Source: an uncultured Candidatus Competibacteraceae bacterium (GTDB lineage Bacteria > Bacteroidota > Bacteroidia > CAIKAF01). Taken from it: DNA of 64,000 nt. The notes beneath the pieces were generated by a model. That model had not been told where the DNA came from, made no database searches, and saw nothing but the letters and a program-made list of their open reading frames with translations. Location of the stretch: NCBI GenBank assembly GCA_964545365.1, contig CAZJFM010000007.1:573-64572 (forward strand). The letters are read 5' to 3'. The translations under genes and the position numbers were made by a program. Every line of letters starts with the position of its first letter. The first letter of the stretch is position 1. Positions 10,901-18,501 of this stretch are shown here, piece by piece.

Positions 10901-11614
10901 CCGGGAGTGAACTATAGACTTGGAGGCAGCGACATGGACCTTTACCGAAACAATAGTGGGGTGAATTACCCCTACAACCCGGGAGGTCATGTAGAAATTA
11001 CCGGTTCTTCGGCAGGAGCCGCTTTTTATTATTATTTATACGACTGGGAACTTCAAGGAGATCCCTGCATTAGTCCTAGGGTTCCCATACGTGTGGAGCA
11101 AGGACCTGTAATTAGTGGTTTTTCTAAGCAAACCACAGGCTTATCGGTTCAATTTACGGCCACCAGCAGCAATGCAAGTTTTTACCAGTGGGACTTTGGA
11201 GATGGACAGTCCAGCACTTTGGCTAATCCATTGCACACCTACACACAAGCAGGAACTTACACCGTACAACTGATTTCCGGTAATCCAAGTTGCAGCGATA
11301 CAGTAACAGACATGGTAACGGTGCAAGTTTCCGGAATTGAAAATGCCTTAACAGCCCTGCATGTGCAATTGTATCCCAACCCATTTACCGACCAAGTATG
11401 GATTAAGGGGGCATTGATGCATGGTGTTTGGGAAGTGCAGCTGCTTGACCTGCGAGGAAGGCTTTTGAGTGAGCAAGCATTGGAAAGTACCGGTGAGCAA
11501 GTATCGTATGCTTTAAAGCCATTGCAGGGTTTAGCCCCGGGTACCTATTTGTTGCGCTTACGACACAAAGCGTCCGGAGCCGAGCAGAGCCTACGTTTGG
11601 TGAAACGCCCCTAA
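7901..11614 (+). CDS. Secreted M4 (thermolysin-family) zinc metalloprotease with three PKD domains and a T9SS C-terminal sorting domain
   Basis: HEIAHGLT…NESFSDIFG zinc motif. Three WDFGDG…NP.H.Y PKD repeats. C-terminal LYPNPF…LRL sorting domain of about 80 aa. Signal peptide begins at MNKFFLLLFSVAF. Confidence 0.8.
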   Translation: MNKFFLLLFSVAFSVVIQGQQAFYGVDAERKYPGMEVVREKPGLAFPEFLKPGPSIRLDGDRLNHFLKSLIQKKGLSTDLRLVSKDKDAQGFIHLTFQHYINNVPVEAGMYKVHLKDYVWHSAHGNLFAVDPNANAQASIGADAAVQSAIHAVPAQVYKWEVPEEEADLKFWTNHLGASYYPSPSLCWVAPQGDFHGQKLRLAWKMDVYAHQPLARFDVFVDAQSGEVLWLKDKIHTADSLGSVVTAYSGTHPMTADFFNGQFRLRETGRGNGIQTFDLNNGTSYGNATDFLDADNIWNNVNASLNQYAGDAHWGAEMTYDYFFQIHNRNSIDGNGFLLRSYVHYSNNYNNAFWDGQRMTYGDGDGSVFTPLTALDITGHEIAHGLTSNTANLIYQNESGALNESFSDIFGMAVTAYASNTLEWTIGEDATPNGNGIRSMSNPNAYNDPDCYGGSFYYTGSQDNGGVHTNSGVQNYWFYLMTVGGTGTNDVGNTYSVNAQGVIKAAEIAFRNLTVYLGPSSNHQDARFYAIQSAIDLYGACTPEVIATTNAWHAVGVGGPFSATVTANFSTPFQSFCQAPAMVSFTNTSVNAGNFIWDFGDGSTSTQVNPTHTYAQPGSYNVKLIADGGACGMDSIIQSSYIIVDPNLPCNITMNPNGTNQTQFSCTGTLFDPGGPSGNYQDNLNSVITIAPTGAATVSLQFSQFNLENNYDYLYIFDGPTINSPLIGQYTGNTLPNGGTITSTAGAITLRMFSDVYVNELGFVLDWSCQLPSTPPVPDFLATALASCDGNIQFQDMTTNGAVSWFWDFGDGQSSTQQNPQHQYQQDGTFSVKLVATNLVGSDSIVKPAYITIDRPDAPQGNDVYLCQPDTAHLSAAALGTVYWYTQLGASNPVATGPNFSTYVSVSDTFWVENQEAQMPSFVGPLDNSFGGGGFHNNSSTQYLVFDVDQPTTLVSAWVNANSAGNRSFILWDGSGNQLDSRFVLVPAGTSRVALNFHLQPGVNYRLGGSDMDLYRNNSGVNYPYNPGGHVEITGSSAGAAFYYYLYDWELQGDPCISPRVPIRVEQGPVISGFSKQTTGLSVQFTATSSNASFYQWDFGDGQSSTLANPLHTYTQAGTYTVQLISGNPSCSDTVTDMVTVQVSGIENALTALHVQLYPNPFTDQVWIKGALMHGVWEVQLLDLRGRLLSEQALESTGEQVSYALKPLQGLAPGTYLLRLRHKASGAEQSLRLVKRP

Positions 11615-11651
11615 AACAGGGCCGCTGGCATGAAATTTGTACTTTGCACCT

Positions 11652-12410
11652 ATGATGAGGTGTAGATTGTTGTGTGTGTTTTGGTGCAGTTTGGCCTTGG
11701 CTTGGAGTCAAGATACCCTGCCTGCACCTGAATGGGGAACCGAAGTTTGGCGGGCTCCTTACCGAGATTCGGTGGGAAATGCCATAGGACGCTTTTCGAA
11801 TCAAGTAAGAGATATAGCCAAAGCTCCTGTTCCCAAGGAACCTGTTGTTTTTGTTGGAAGTAGCTCCGTACGTGCCTGGCGTAGTTTGGAGGAGGATTTC
11901 CCCAATTTCCCGGTGTCCAACAGTGGGTTTGGCGGGAGTACCTTACCTGAGCTTAGCTTTTACCTCAAGGAATTGGTTTTGGATAAAAAACCATCGATGG
12001 TGGTGGTGTATTGCGGGGAAAATGATTTGACTTTAGCCTATTCCCGACCGCAGGAAGTGTTTGGGTCCTTTTTGGAGCTTGCCGGTTTATTGAAGCAAGC
12101 GCTTAAAAAAGGGACACCGGTGTTTTTTTTAAGCGTAAAGCCTTCCATTTATTCTTGGAGTTACTGGGAAAAGCAGCAGCAATTCAACAAAATGGTGGAG
12201 CTTTTTGATGCTTGGGTAGACTGGCCGGAATTTTACTTTGTGCGGATGGGGCATTTGCTTTTAAACGACGCTGGGGAGCCTGATGCTGGATTATTTATAC
12301 GGGATGGATTGCATTTGAACAAAAGCGGTTATCAAAAATGGACTATGTTTTTGAGGCCAAAGCTGGAGAGGATGTACAAAGAATTACAGGGCCCGGATGG
12401 AGCAAAGTAG
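11652..12410 (+). CDS. SGNH/GDSL-family hydrolase (secreted)
   Basis: SGNH blocks I, II, III and V: VFVGSSSVRAW, GGSTLPE, GENDL, DGLHLN. Signal peptide present. Confidence 0.6.
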   Translation: MMRCRLLCVFWCSLALAWSQDTLPAPEWGTEVWRAPYRDSVGNAIGRFSNQVRDIAKAPVPKEPVVFVGSSSVRAWRSLEEDFPNFPVSNSGFGGSTLPELSFYLKELVLDKKPSMVVVYCGENDLTLAYSRPQEVFGSFLELAGLLKQALKKGTPVFFLSVKPSIYSWSYWEKQQQFNKMVELFDAWVDWPEFYFVRMGHLLLNDAGEPDAGLFIRDGLHLNKSGYQKWTMFLRPKLERMYKELQGPDGAK

Positions 12411-12420
12411 CTGACCGAAG

Positions 12421-12501
12421 CCTAGCTTTTTGGCGGGCATTGGAGCGAGGAGGCCCCCGCCCCTTCGGGGGACCCCGGAGCCCAAAGCCCGCAAAGCTAG
12501 G
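12421..12501. repeat. GC-rich palindromic intergenic element, family 1, copy A
   Basis: Core GGAGGCCCCCGccccTTCGGGGGACCCCGG sits at the tip of an imperfect extended stem (CCTAGCTTTTTGGCGGGC … GCCCGCAAAGCTAGG). Confidence 0.6.
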
Positions 12502-12625
12502 AGAGGGCACTACTTGGGACAGCCGGATTAGCCCCCCAAAAAAAGAAATAGATGTTCACTTTAGCCGGTTGAAAAATTAAATCGTGCATTTGCCGTTTAA
12601 TAAATTATTTGCTGAAATTAGGACT

Positions 12626-13891
12626 ATGAAACGTGTTGTTGGATTTTTGTTGGTGTTTTTTGTGGGACTGCAGCTTCGCGCGGAATATCGGCTGCCGGGG
12701 GATACAGCTTTTCGGCGGCAATTGCTTTCTATTCCGGAGGCGGTGGACTTTTCACTGGCACGTGAGGTTAGAGGACATGTTTCTGCCCACTTAGCGGAAT
12801 CGAGTCCGCAGTCTGCGAAATGGTTTGAGGCAGCACAAAGGCATGTGCCCATGGTACAAGCTTGGATTTCGGACAAAGGCTTGCCCGGAGAGTTGGCATT
12901 TTTGCCTCTGGCTTTGTCGCATTTGAATCCATCAGAAACTTTGGGCGAAGGTCGCGGCGGTTGGTGGCAAATGCATTACCTCACTGCATTTAGGTATGGT
13001 TTAAAGGTTGAACACTTTGTAGATGAGCGTAGGGATTGGGTTAAGTCAAGTGAGGCGGCGCTGCTCTATTTAGAGGATTTGCATAGGCGAATGGGCGATT
13101 GGACTTCGGCGGTTTTGGCCTTTATGGGGTCACCGGCAGAAGTGGTTGCCGCTCGGAATCGTTCATGCAGCGGCGATGCCTCCGGAGCCTGGGTGAAGGC
13201 TCTGCCTAGCCATGTGCAAATGCAGTTTTCGGAGTTTGCTGCCTTCTCTTACTTATGTCGTTTTGGACCTAAGCCTGTGACGCAAACGGCAAAGGGAGCA
13301 GCAAGGGAAGCCGTCGGCTTAGAAAAAAAGCGTGTTTATGCGCCCTTTGCTATGGACGTTCCCGGCTTGGTGACAAGTCTTGGGATTTCCCAAACCCATT
13401 TTTTGTCCCTCAATCCCAGCCTTAAATCGTCCTGGTTGCCCGCAGGTGAAGCCTTGTTTTTGCCTCTTTCCAGTCATAATCGCTGGAAGGAGCTTAAGGA
13501 TACCCTGCAAGGGCCTTTGCATAAACATGGGAGTAGTTTGGAGGTTCAAGACCAGGCTTCTTTTGAACGAATTGTTCGGGCTCATGGCCTTCATTTAGAC
13601 CATGTATATGCGCTAAATGGTATGCACTCCAACGATTGGAATAATGGAGCTAAAACCTTGCTTTTCCCTAAGGAGGGCATTGCCTTAGAAGTGGTTGAAG
13701 AGCCCATAGTTCCAGCTGCTCAAGTGAAAGAGCCTTCCGTTCAATGGTACAAGGTACGCAGTGGCGATACCCTGTGGCGCATTGCAGGCAAATACCCGGG
13801 GGTGAGTCCGGAAAACATCATGGATTGGAATAACTTGCGGTCTGACCGAATTCAAATTGGCCAGCGATTAAAAATTTTTAGCGGCAGCTGA
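12626..13891 (+). CDS. Membrane-bound lytic murein transglycosylase (MltD-like SLT domain) with C-terminal LysM
   Basis: SLT family-1 motifs (…SHLNPSE…GGWWQMHYLTAFRYGL…) and a C-terminal LysM (YKVRSGDTLWRIAGKY…NNL…IQIGQRLKI). Its stop overlaps the start of the next gene as TGATG. Confidence 0.7.
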   Translation: MKRVVGFLLVFFVGLQLRAEYRLPGDTAFRRQLLSIPEAVDFSLAREVRGHVSAHLAESSPQSAKWFEAAQRHVPMVQAWISDKGLPGELAFLPLALSHLNPSETLGEGRGGWWQMHYLTAFRYGLKVEHFVDERRDWVKSSEAALLYLEDLHRRMGDWTSAVLAFMGSPAEVVAARNRSCSGDASGAWVKALPSHVQMQFSEFAAFSYLCRFGPKPVTQTAKGAAREAVGLEKKRVYAPFAMDVPGLVTSLGISQTHFLSLNPSLKSSWLPAGEALFLPLSSHNRWKELKDTLQGPLHKHGSSLEVQDQASFERIVRAHGLHLDHVYALNGMHSNDWNNGAKTLLFPKEGIALEVVEEPIVPAAQVKEPSVQWYKVRSGDTLWRIAGKYPGVSPENIMDWNNLRSDRIQIGQRLKIFSGS

Positions 13892-15393
13892 TGGCTAAGC
13901 CGGAGCCTTCGGATGCATCGGTTGGCCCTTGGCGGTCGGTTGTGTTGTTGCTTTTGGTGGTGGGGCCCTTGGTGGCTGCGGCTCTTTTTTGGCCAAAAGA
14001 TGGACTTAGGCTTGCCGGTATCCATTGGGAATTGCCAAATCCTGAAACCTTTGTGTATGGTGATTCCATAGCATATGTGGATTTGGAAGCGCAGGCCGAA
14101 AAAGAGCGGCAAGATTCCATTCGCCTAAGCTCTTTGTTTGGTCTAAAGGACAGTTTGGATGCCTATCAGGCATTGTGCGACAGCCATCCGGCCCGCATAT
14201 ACTTGCCACAGAGTCGAAAAGACTTGTTGTTTGACCTGTTTGACCGGTGGAAATTATTGGAGTCGGGTGTGGATTCTTCTTTGCAGGTGCGTATTATGCA
14301 TTATGGCGATTCTCAAATCGAAGGAGATAGAATAAGCAACGAACTGCGCCGCGGTCTTCAGGCACGGTTTGGTGGCTTAGGTTCGGGTTTGCTCCCCTTG
14401 GAGCAGCCTATTGGCTCTGCTACCGTTTCTCAAAGTTTGGAAGGAAAAGCCTACAGATATATTTTATGGGGCAGCAATCCTGAATTTAGAGCGGAACATA
14501 GGCGCTATGGACCCATGCTTTCTTTGGGGGTGATTGATAGCAGTTTGGTGGTTTGGAGAGCTTCCAAAGGCTACGATGCACCCGATAGTGCCGACCGTTT
14601 TTCAAGCATTAGGCTTTTGATTGGTCAAAACGACAGCTCGGGAGTGGTGCGGCTTAGTTGTTCCACAGGTGGAGGCACCAAAGAGCTAGCTGCAGGCTCC
14701 GGCCCGGAAATACTCCATTGGGACCTGAGCTATCCGGCTCAGCGTGGCGAACTTAGCTTTGAAGGGGTTCAAGGCTTAGAGGTGCTTGGAATCAGCCTGG
14801 AGAGTAGGAGGGGAGTGGTTGTAGATAATTTGGGAATGCGGGGTTGCTCGGGTACCATTTTTTCGCAGGCGGATGCAAGCCAAAACAGACGCCTGTTTTC
14901 TATGCTTGATCCTGACCTGATAATGCTTGCTTTTGGCGGCAATATTATGCCCTATTTGACCGATGATAAAGTGAAAAGCCGCTACGTTGGTCAATTGTTG
15001 AGCCAAATTTCCTACCTGCAATCCGTGGCCCCTGAGGTTCCTATTCTGTTTGTCGGCCCCTCCGATATGAGTACCCTTGAAGAGGGGAAACGGGTGTCTT
15101 TCTCTATGCTAGGTCCACTTCGAGATGCATTGAGAGACAGCATGCTGGCACATGGAGTGGCTTATTTTGATCAGCTCAATGCTATGGGAGGTTTGCAATC
15201 CATGCCTTCCTGGGTGGATGCTGAACCCGCCTTGGCCGTGAGCGATTACATCCATTTTACGCGATTAGGTGCGCAAAAAATGGGAGAAATGATTACCGAA
15301 TCCCTACTAAGGGAATATACCCTATACGGATTGAAACAACGGATGTTGAAAGAAAGAGACCAAGCCATTGAGGAATTTGAAGTACATAATTAG
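13891..15393 (+). CDS. Membrane-anchored SGNH-like hydrolase/acyltransferase (500 aa)
   Basis: N-terminal TM helix. SGNH blocks MHYGDSQIEGD, GGN, and DYIHFT (DxxH). Confidence 0.5.
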   Translation: MAKPEPSDASVGPWRSVVLLLLVVGPLVAAALFWPKDGLRLAGIHWELPNPETFVYGDSIAYVDLEAQAEKERQDSIRLSSLFGLKDSLDAYQALCDSHPARIYLPQSRKDLLFDLFDRWKLLESGVDSSLQVRIMHYGDSQIEGDRISNELRRGLQARFGGLGSGLLPLEQPIGSATVSQSLEGKAYRYILWGSNPEFRAEHRRYGPMLSLGVIDSSLVVWRASKGYDAPDSADRFSSIRLLIGQNDSSGVVRLSCSTGGGTKELAAGSGPEILHWDLSYPAQRGELSFEGVQGLEVLGISLESRRGVVVDNLGMRGCSGTIFSQADASQNRRLFSMLDPDLIMLAFGGNIMPYLTDDKVKSRYVGQLLSQISYLQSVAPEVPILFVGPSDMSTLEEGKRVSFSMLGPLRDALRDSMLAHGVAYFDQLNAMGGLQSMPSWVDAEPALAVSDYIHFTRLGAQKMGEMITESLLREYTLYGLKQRMLKERDQAIEEFEVHN

Positions 15394-16630
15394 CCATTGG
15401 ATCTTAGGTTTAGGCATGCTATCGGGGCAATCGGTGTTTCCGGAAGCGGTACTGGAGTACCCTTTTATTCGTTACGAACTCAACCGAATTTTAGAAGGGC
15501 CGGACAGCAGCAGCATGGACGCATTTTACGACAAACTCGACGCCCTAATGTTCAGTGGACATGGCAAAATAAGCATAGTGCACATGGGAGGAAGTCATGT
15601 GCAAGCCGATGTTATTTCGGGTAGAATTAGAGAGCGCTTGCAAACCTTTTATCCAGGAAACAAAGGAAGCAGAGGTCTTTTGTTTCCTTATAAAGTAGCC
15701 CGCACCAACAATCCCTACAATTATTATGTAAGCTATTCCGGGGATTGGGATTACGCAAAAAATGTGCAGCGCAGCCCATCGGTTGAACTCGGACTTACCG
15801 GAATGGCAGTTACCACGCGCGACAGTGCTGCCACCATTCGCATTCGATTGGCCTCGGAAAGCGCTCCTGCCAATGATTTTAATTTTATTCGGCTGTTTGA
15901 AGGCAGAGATACCAACCTTTTCTCGGTGCGTTTGCCTGAATTGGATAGCACCGAAGAAACGTACCGGATTTTTAGAAAACCCGGTAGCGGCTACACGGAG
16001 ATTTTTTTAGAAAACTACCATGGGGAAGTATTGTTGGAGTGGTATCCCAAAGACAGCAGCCAAACCCATTACGAACTTTTGGGCATTCAATTGGAAAATG
16101 AGGATCCCGGCATTACCTACCATAGCATTGGGGTGAATGGTGCTGGTACTTACTCTTATTTAGGCTGTGCCTACCTTCAGGAGGACTTGGCGCAGCTACA
16201 ACCCGATTTGGTGATTTTTGGGATAGGTATCAATGATGCGGCGGCACGGGGATTCGATCCTTCGGCTTTTGAGTACCGATACAAGAGGCTATTTGCCAAA
16301 GTACGTGCCGTAAACCCCAATGCCTGCATACTTTTACTCACCAATAACGATAGTTACCGCAGGTCTAGAAGGCGTTATTATGTAAATCCGAATGGGGAAG
16401 TGGTAAGGCAAAGCATGCTCAAGCTTAGTAGGGAAGAGGGAGTAGCCGTTTGGGACTTATTTTCCATTATGGGGGGCTTAGAGTCTATGAAGCTTTGGGA
16501 AAATGAGGGATTGGCAAAACGCGACAAGATTCATTTTACCTTTAAAGGCTATCGATTGACGGGCGATTTGCTGTTTGCAGCCCTATTGGAAGGCTACAAA
16601 GCTCATTTAAAGCAACAATGGAAGCAATAA
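15368..16630 (+). CDS. Secreted SGNH-like hydrolase/acyltransferase (420 aa)
   Basis: Signal peptide. Variant block I HMGGSHVQAD, block III GIGINDAA, block V DKIHFT. Overlaps both neighbouring genes. Confidence 0.5.
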   Translation: MRNLKYIISHWILGLGMLSGQSVFPEAVLEYPFIRYELNRILEGPDSSSMDAFYDKLDALMFSGHGKISIVHMGGSHVQADVISGRIRERLQTFYPGNKGSRGLLFPYKVARTNNPYNYYVSYSGDWDYAKNVQRSPSVELGLTGMAVTTRDSAATIRIRLASESAPANDFNFIRLFEGRDTNLFSVRLPELDSTEETYRIFRKPGSGYTEIFLENYHGEVLLEWYPKDSSQTHYELLGIQLENEDPGITYHSIGVNGAGTYSYLGCAYLQEDLAQLQPDLVIFGIGINDAAARGFDPSAFEYRYKRLFAKVRAVNPNACILLLTNNDSYRRSRRRYYVNPNGEVVRQSMLKLSREEGVAVWDLFSIMGGLESMKLWENEGLAKRDKIHFTFKGYRLTGDLLFAALLEGYKAHLKQQWKQ

Positions 16631-18345
16631 ATCTGGCCGATATTCCAAAAGTCCTTTGGGACTGGTGCTCCATATTCAATAAGGAGCAGCCGCTAAGCTT
16701 TACCGGATTTAGCTTTTGGTTGTTTTTCTTGGCAGTTATGGTGCTCTTTTCGCTTATTCATAAGCGCAAATCCCTGCGTAATGCCTTTTTGTTTGGAGTA
16801 AGCCTATTCTTTTACTTCAAAACCAGCGGCCTGTTTTTTTTGCTGTTGCTTTTTTCTACGCTAACGGACTATGTGCTGGGGCACGCTATTTATAGAAGTC
16901 CAAAAAAATGGCAGAAAACCCTTTGGTTGAGCTTAAGTGTCTTAGTAAACTTAGGTAGTCTTTCCTACTTTAAGTACGCTTATTTTTTCGCAGATGCAGC
17001 CAACAAAATTTGGCATCCCAATACGCCTTTTGAGGTGGTGAATTTGTTGGCGGTGTGGGCAAACCAGTTTCAAGAAACTACCGGTTGGAGTTTTAGTGCC
17101 GACCAAATCATTCTTCCGGTGGGGGTTTCTTTTTTTACTTTCCAAACCATTAGCTACGCTGCCGACATTTATCGAGGTCAGGTGAAACCCCTTCGAAGCC
17201 TTTTGGATTTTGGCTTTTATGTGAGTTTCTTTCCTCAATTGGTCGCCGGTCCCATTGTGCGTGCTGCCGAATTTGTGCCGCAAATTCACAAAAAGTTTTC
17301 GCTCACCAAGGCCGCTTGGGGAATGGCCACCTTTATGATTGTGAATGGCTTGGTTAAAAAGCTGTTGCTTGCCGATTTTTTGGCTTTAAATTATGTGGAC
17401 AAGGTATTTGACATGCCCCACATGTACATGGGCTTTGACGTGTTGATGGGCTTGTTTGTTTACTCGCTTCAAGTCTATGCCGATTTTTCAGGATACACCG
17501 ACATCGCCATTGGAGTGGCCTTATTGATGGGCTTTAGGTTGCCCGATAATTTCAATTCGCCCTACAAGGCAAAAAATGTGGCCGAATTTTGGAAGCGCTG
17601 GCATATTTCACTCAGCACCTGGCTAAAAGACTATTTGTACATTCCTTTAGGAGGCAATCGTAAAAGCAGCATCGGTACCTTCTTTTGGAGTTTGGTGCTG
17701 TCCGGAGTGGCGGCTGCCATTTCCGGTTCGTGGTGGATTATGGCTATTTTTCCTCTGCTGGTATTACTGCTTTGGCTCCTGCGCCTTTGGATTCCCGGAC
17801 TTTGGAGTGCTTTTACCACCAATATCAACATGTTGCTTACCATGCTAATTGGCGGACTTTGGCACGGCGCCAGCTGGAATTTTTTGATCTGGGGCGGACT
17901 TAATGGGTTGGGGCTTTTGGTCTACAAAGGGTGGCGCAAAATATCGCCTTACGAAGCCAGCAATCATCCTGTTGTTCACGCCTGGAAAGTCCTCTTTACT
18001 TTTGTGTTCATTTCTTTTACACGACTGTTTTTTAGGGCGGGCGACCAGCGCAATCCCAACGACAACTGGGAAACGGCAGAAGCGCTATGGACGCAATTAT
18101 TTAATCCGGGCGGCTGGAACCTAAGCCACATTTTTTTAGTTTCCGAAACCTACCGAAACGCCTTTTTGGTGTTCTTGGGGGGCATGGTACTGCATTGGTT
18201 ACCAAAAAATTGGAAAGATTTCTTGCGCCGTAGCTGGATAAACTTACCCTTACCGGTTCAAGCGCTGGCCGCCTTGTTGGTGGTCTTTGTTTTGTACCAA
18301 CTCATCGACGAAGAAGGGCAAACCTTTATTTATTTTCAGTTTTAA
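16618..18345 (+). CDS. MBOAT-family membrane O-acyltransferase (AlgI/DltB/PatA-like)
   Basis: Multi-TM protein. It carries the conserved MBOAT His region (…WHISLSTWLKDYLYIPLGG…) and the LIGGLWHGASWNFLIWGGLNG motif. Confidence 0.8.
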   Translation: MEAINLADIPKVLWDWCSIFNKEQPLSFTGFSFWLFFLAVMVLFSLIHKRKSLRNAFLFGVSLFFYFKTSGLFFLLLLFSTLTDYVLGHAIYRSPKKWQKTLWLSLSVLVNLGSLSYFKYAYFFADAANKIWHPNTPFEVVNLLAVWANQFQETTGWSFSADQIILPVGVSFFTFQTISYAADIYRGQVKPLRSLLDFGFYVSFFPQLVAGPIVRAAEFVPQIHKKFSLTKAAWGMATFMIVNGLVKKLLLADFLALNYVDKVFDMPHMYMGFDVLMGLFVYSLQVYADFSGYTDIAIGVALLMGFRLPDNFNSPYKAKNVAEFWKRWHISLSTWLKDYLYIPLGGNRKSSIGTFFWSLVLSGVAAAISGSWWIMAIFPLLVLLLWLLRLWIPGLWSAFTTNINMLLTMLIGGLWHGASWNFLIWGGLNGLGLLVYKGWRKISPYEASNHPVVHAWKVLFTFVFISFTRLFFRAGDQRNPNDNWETAEALWTQLFNPGGWNLSHIFLVSETYRNAFLVFLGGMVLHWLPKNWKDFLRRSWINLPLPVQALAALLVVFVLYQLIDEEGQTFIYFQF

Positions 18346-18501
18346 TTTTGGGGGCAGCTTCGCCCGGGCTGTCCCTGCAAGCTGTTTTGCTTTGCCCCAC
18401 ACCTGCAAGTCGGGCCGGGGTTTGCTGCGCGCCACCGCGGCCCGTCAGCAGTTGCAGGGGCACAGCTTCAACAGGCTTTCCGTTCCATCCCTTGCCCGGA
18501 T
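18346..18501. repeat. GC-rich intergenic element, family 2, copy E
   Basis: Shares CCCTGCAAGC, the block TGCAAGtcGGGCCGGGGTTTGCTGCGCGCCAC and GGCTTTCCGT with the element at 50440-50600. Confidence 0.55.

Noticed and set aside
8540-10990. Antisense ORFs inside long genes (e.g. 8540-8932, 9062-9400, 9449-9736, 10760-10990, 20402-20941, 33996-34421, 49035-49595)
   Set aside because: These are shadow ORFs opposite well-supported coding sequences (M4 protease, bshC, MlaD, prfC). They have no motifs and an atypical amino-acid composition.
12338-12580. ORFs predicted inside GC-rich repeat elements (12338-12580, 37928-38152, 38033-38230, 39378-39636, 18287-18505, 50205-50570, 55188-55614, 23809-24129, 21496-21723)
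   Set aside because: They lie wholly or largely within palindromic GC-rich repeats and have a composition-driven Pro/Gly/Arg/Ala-rich translation. They lack recognisable domains and overlap each other on both strands. They are most likely artefacts of high GC that depletes stop codons.
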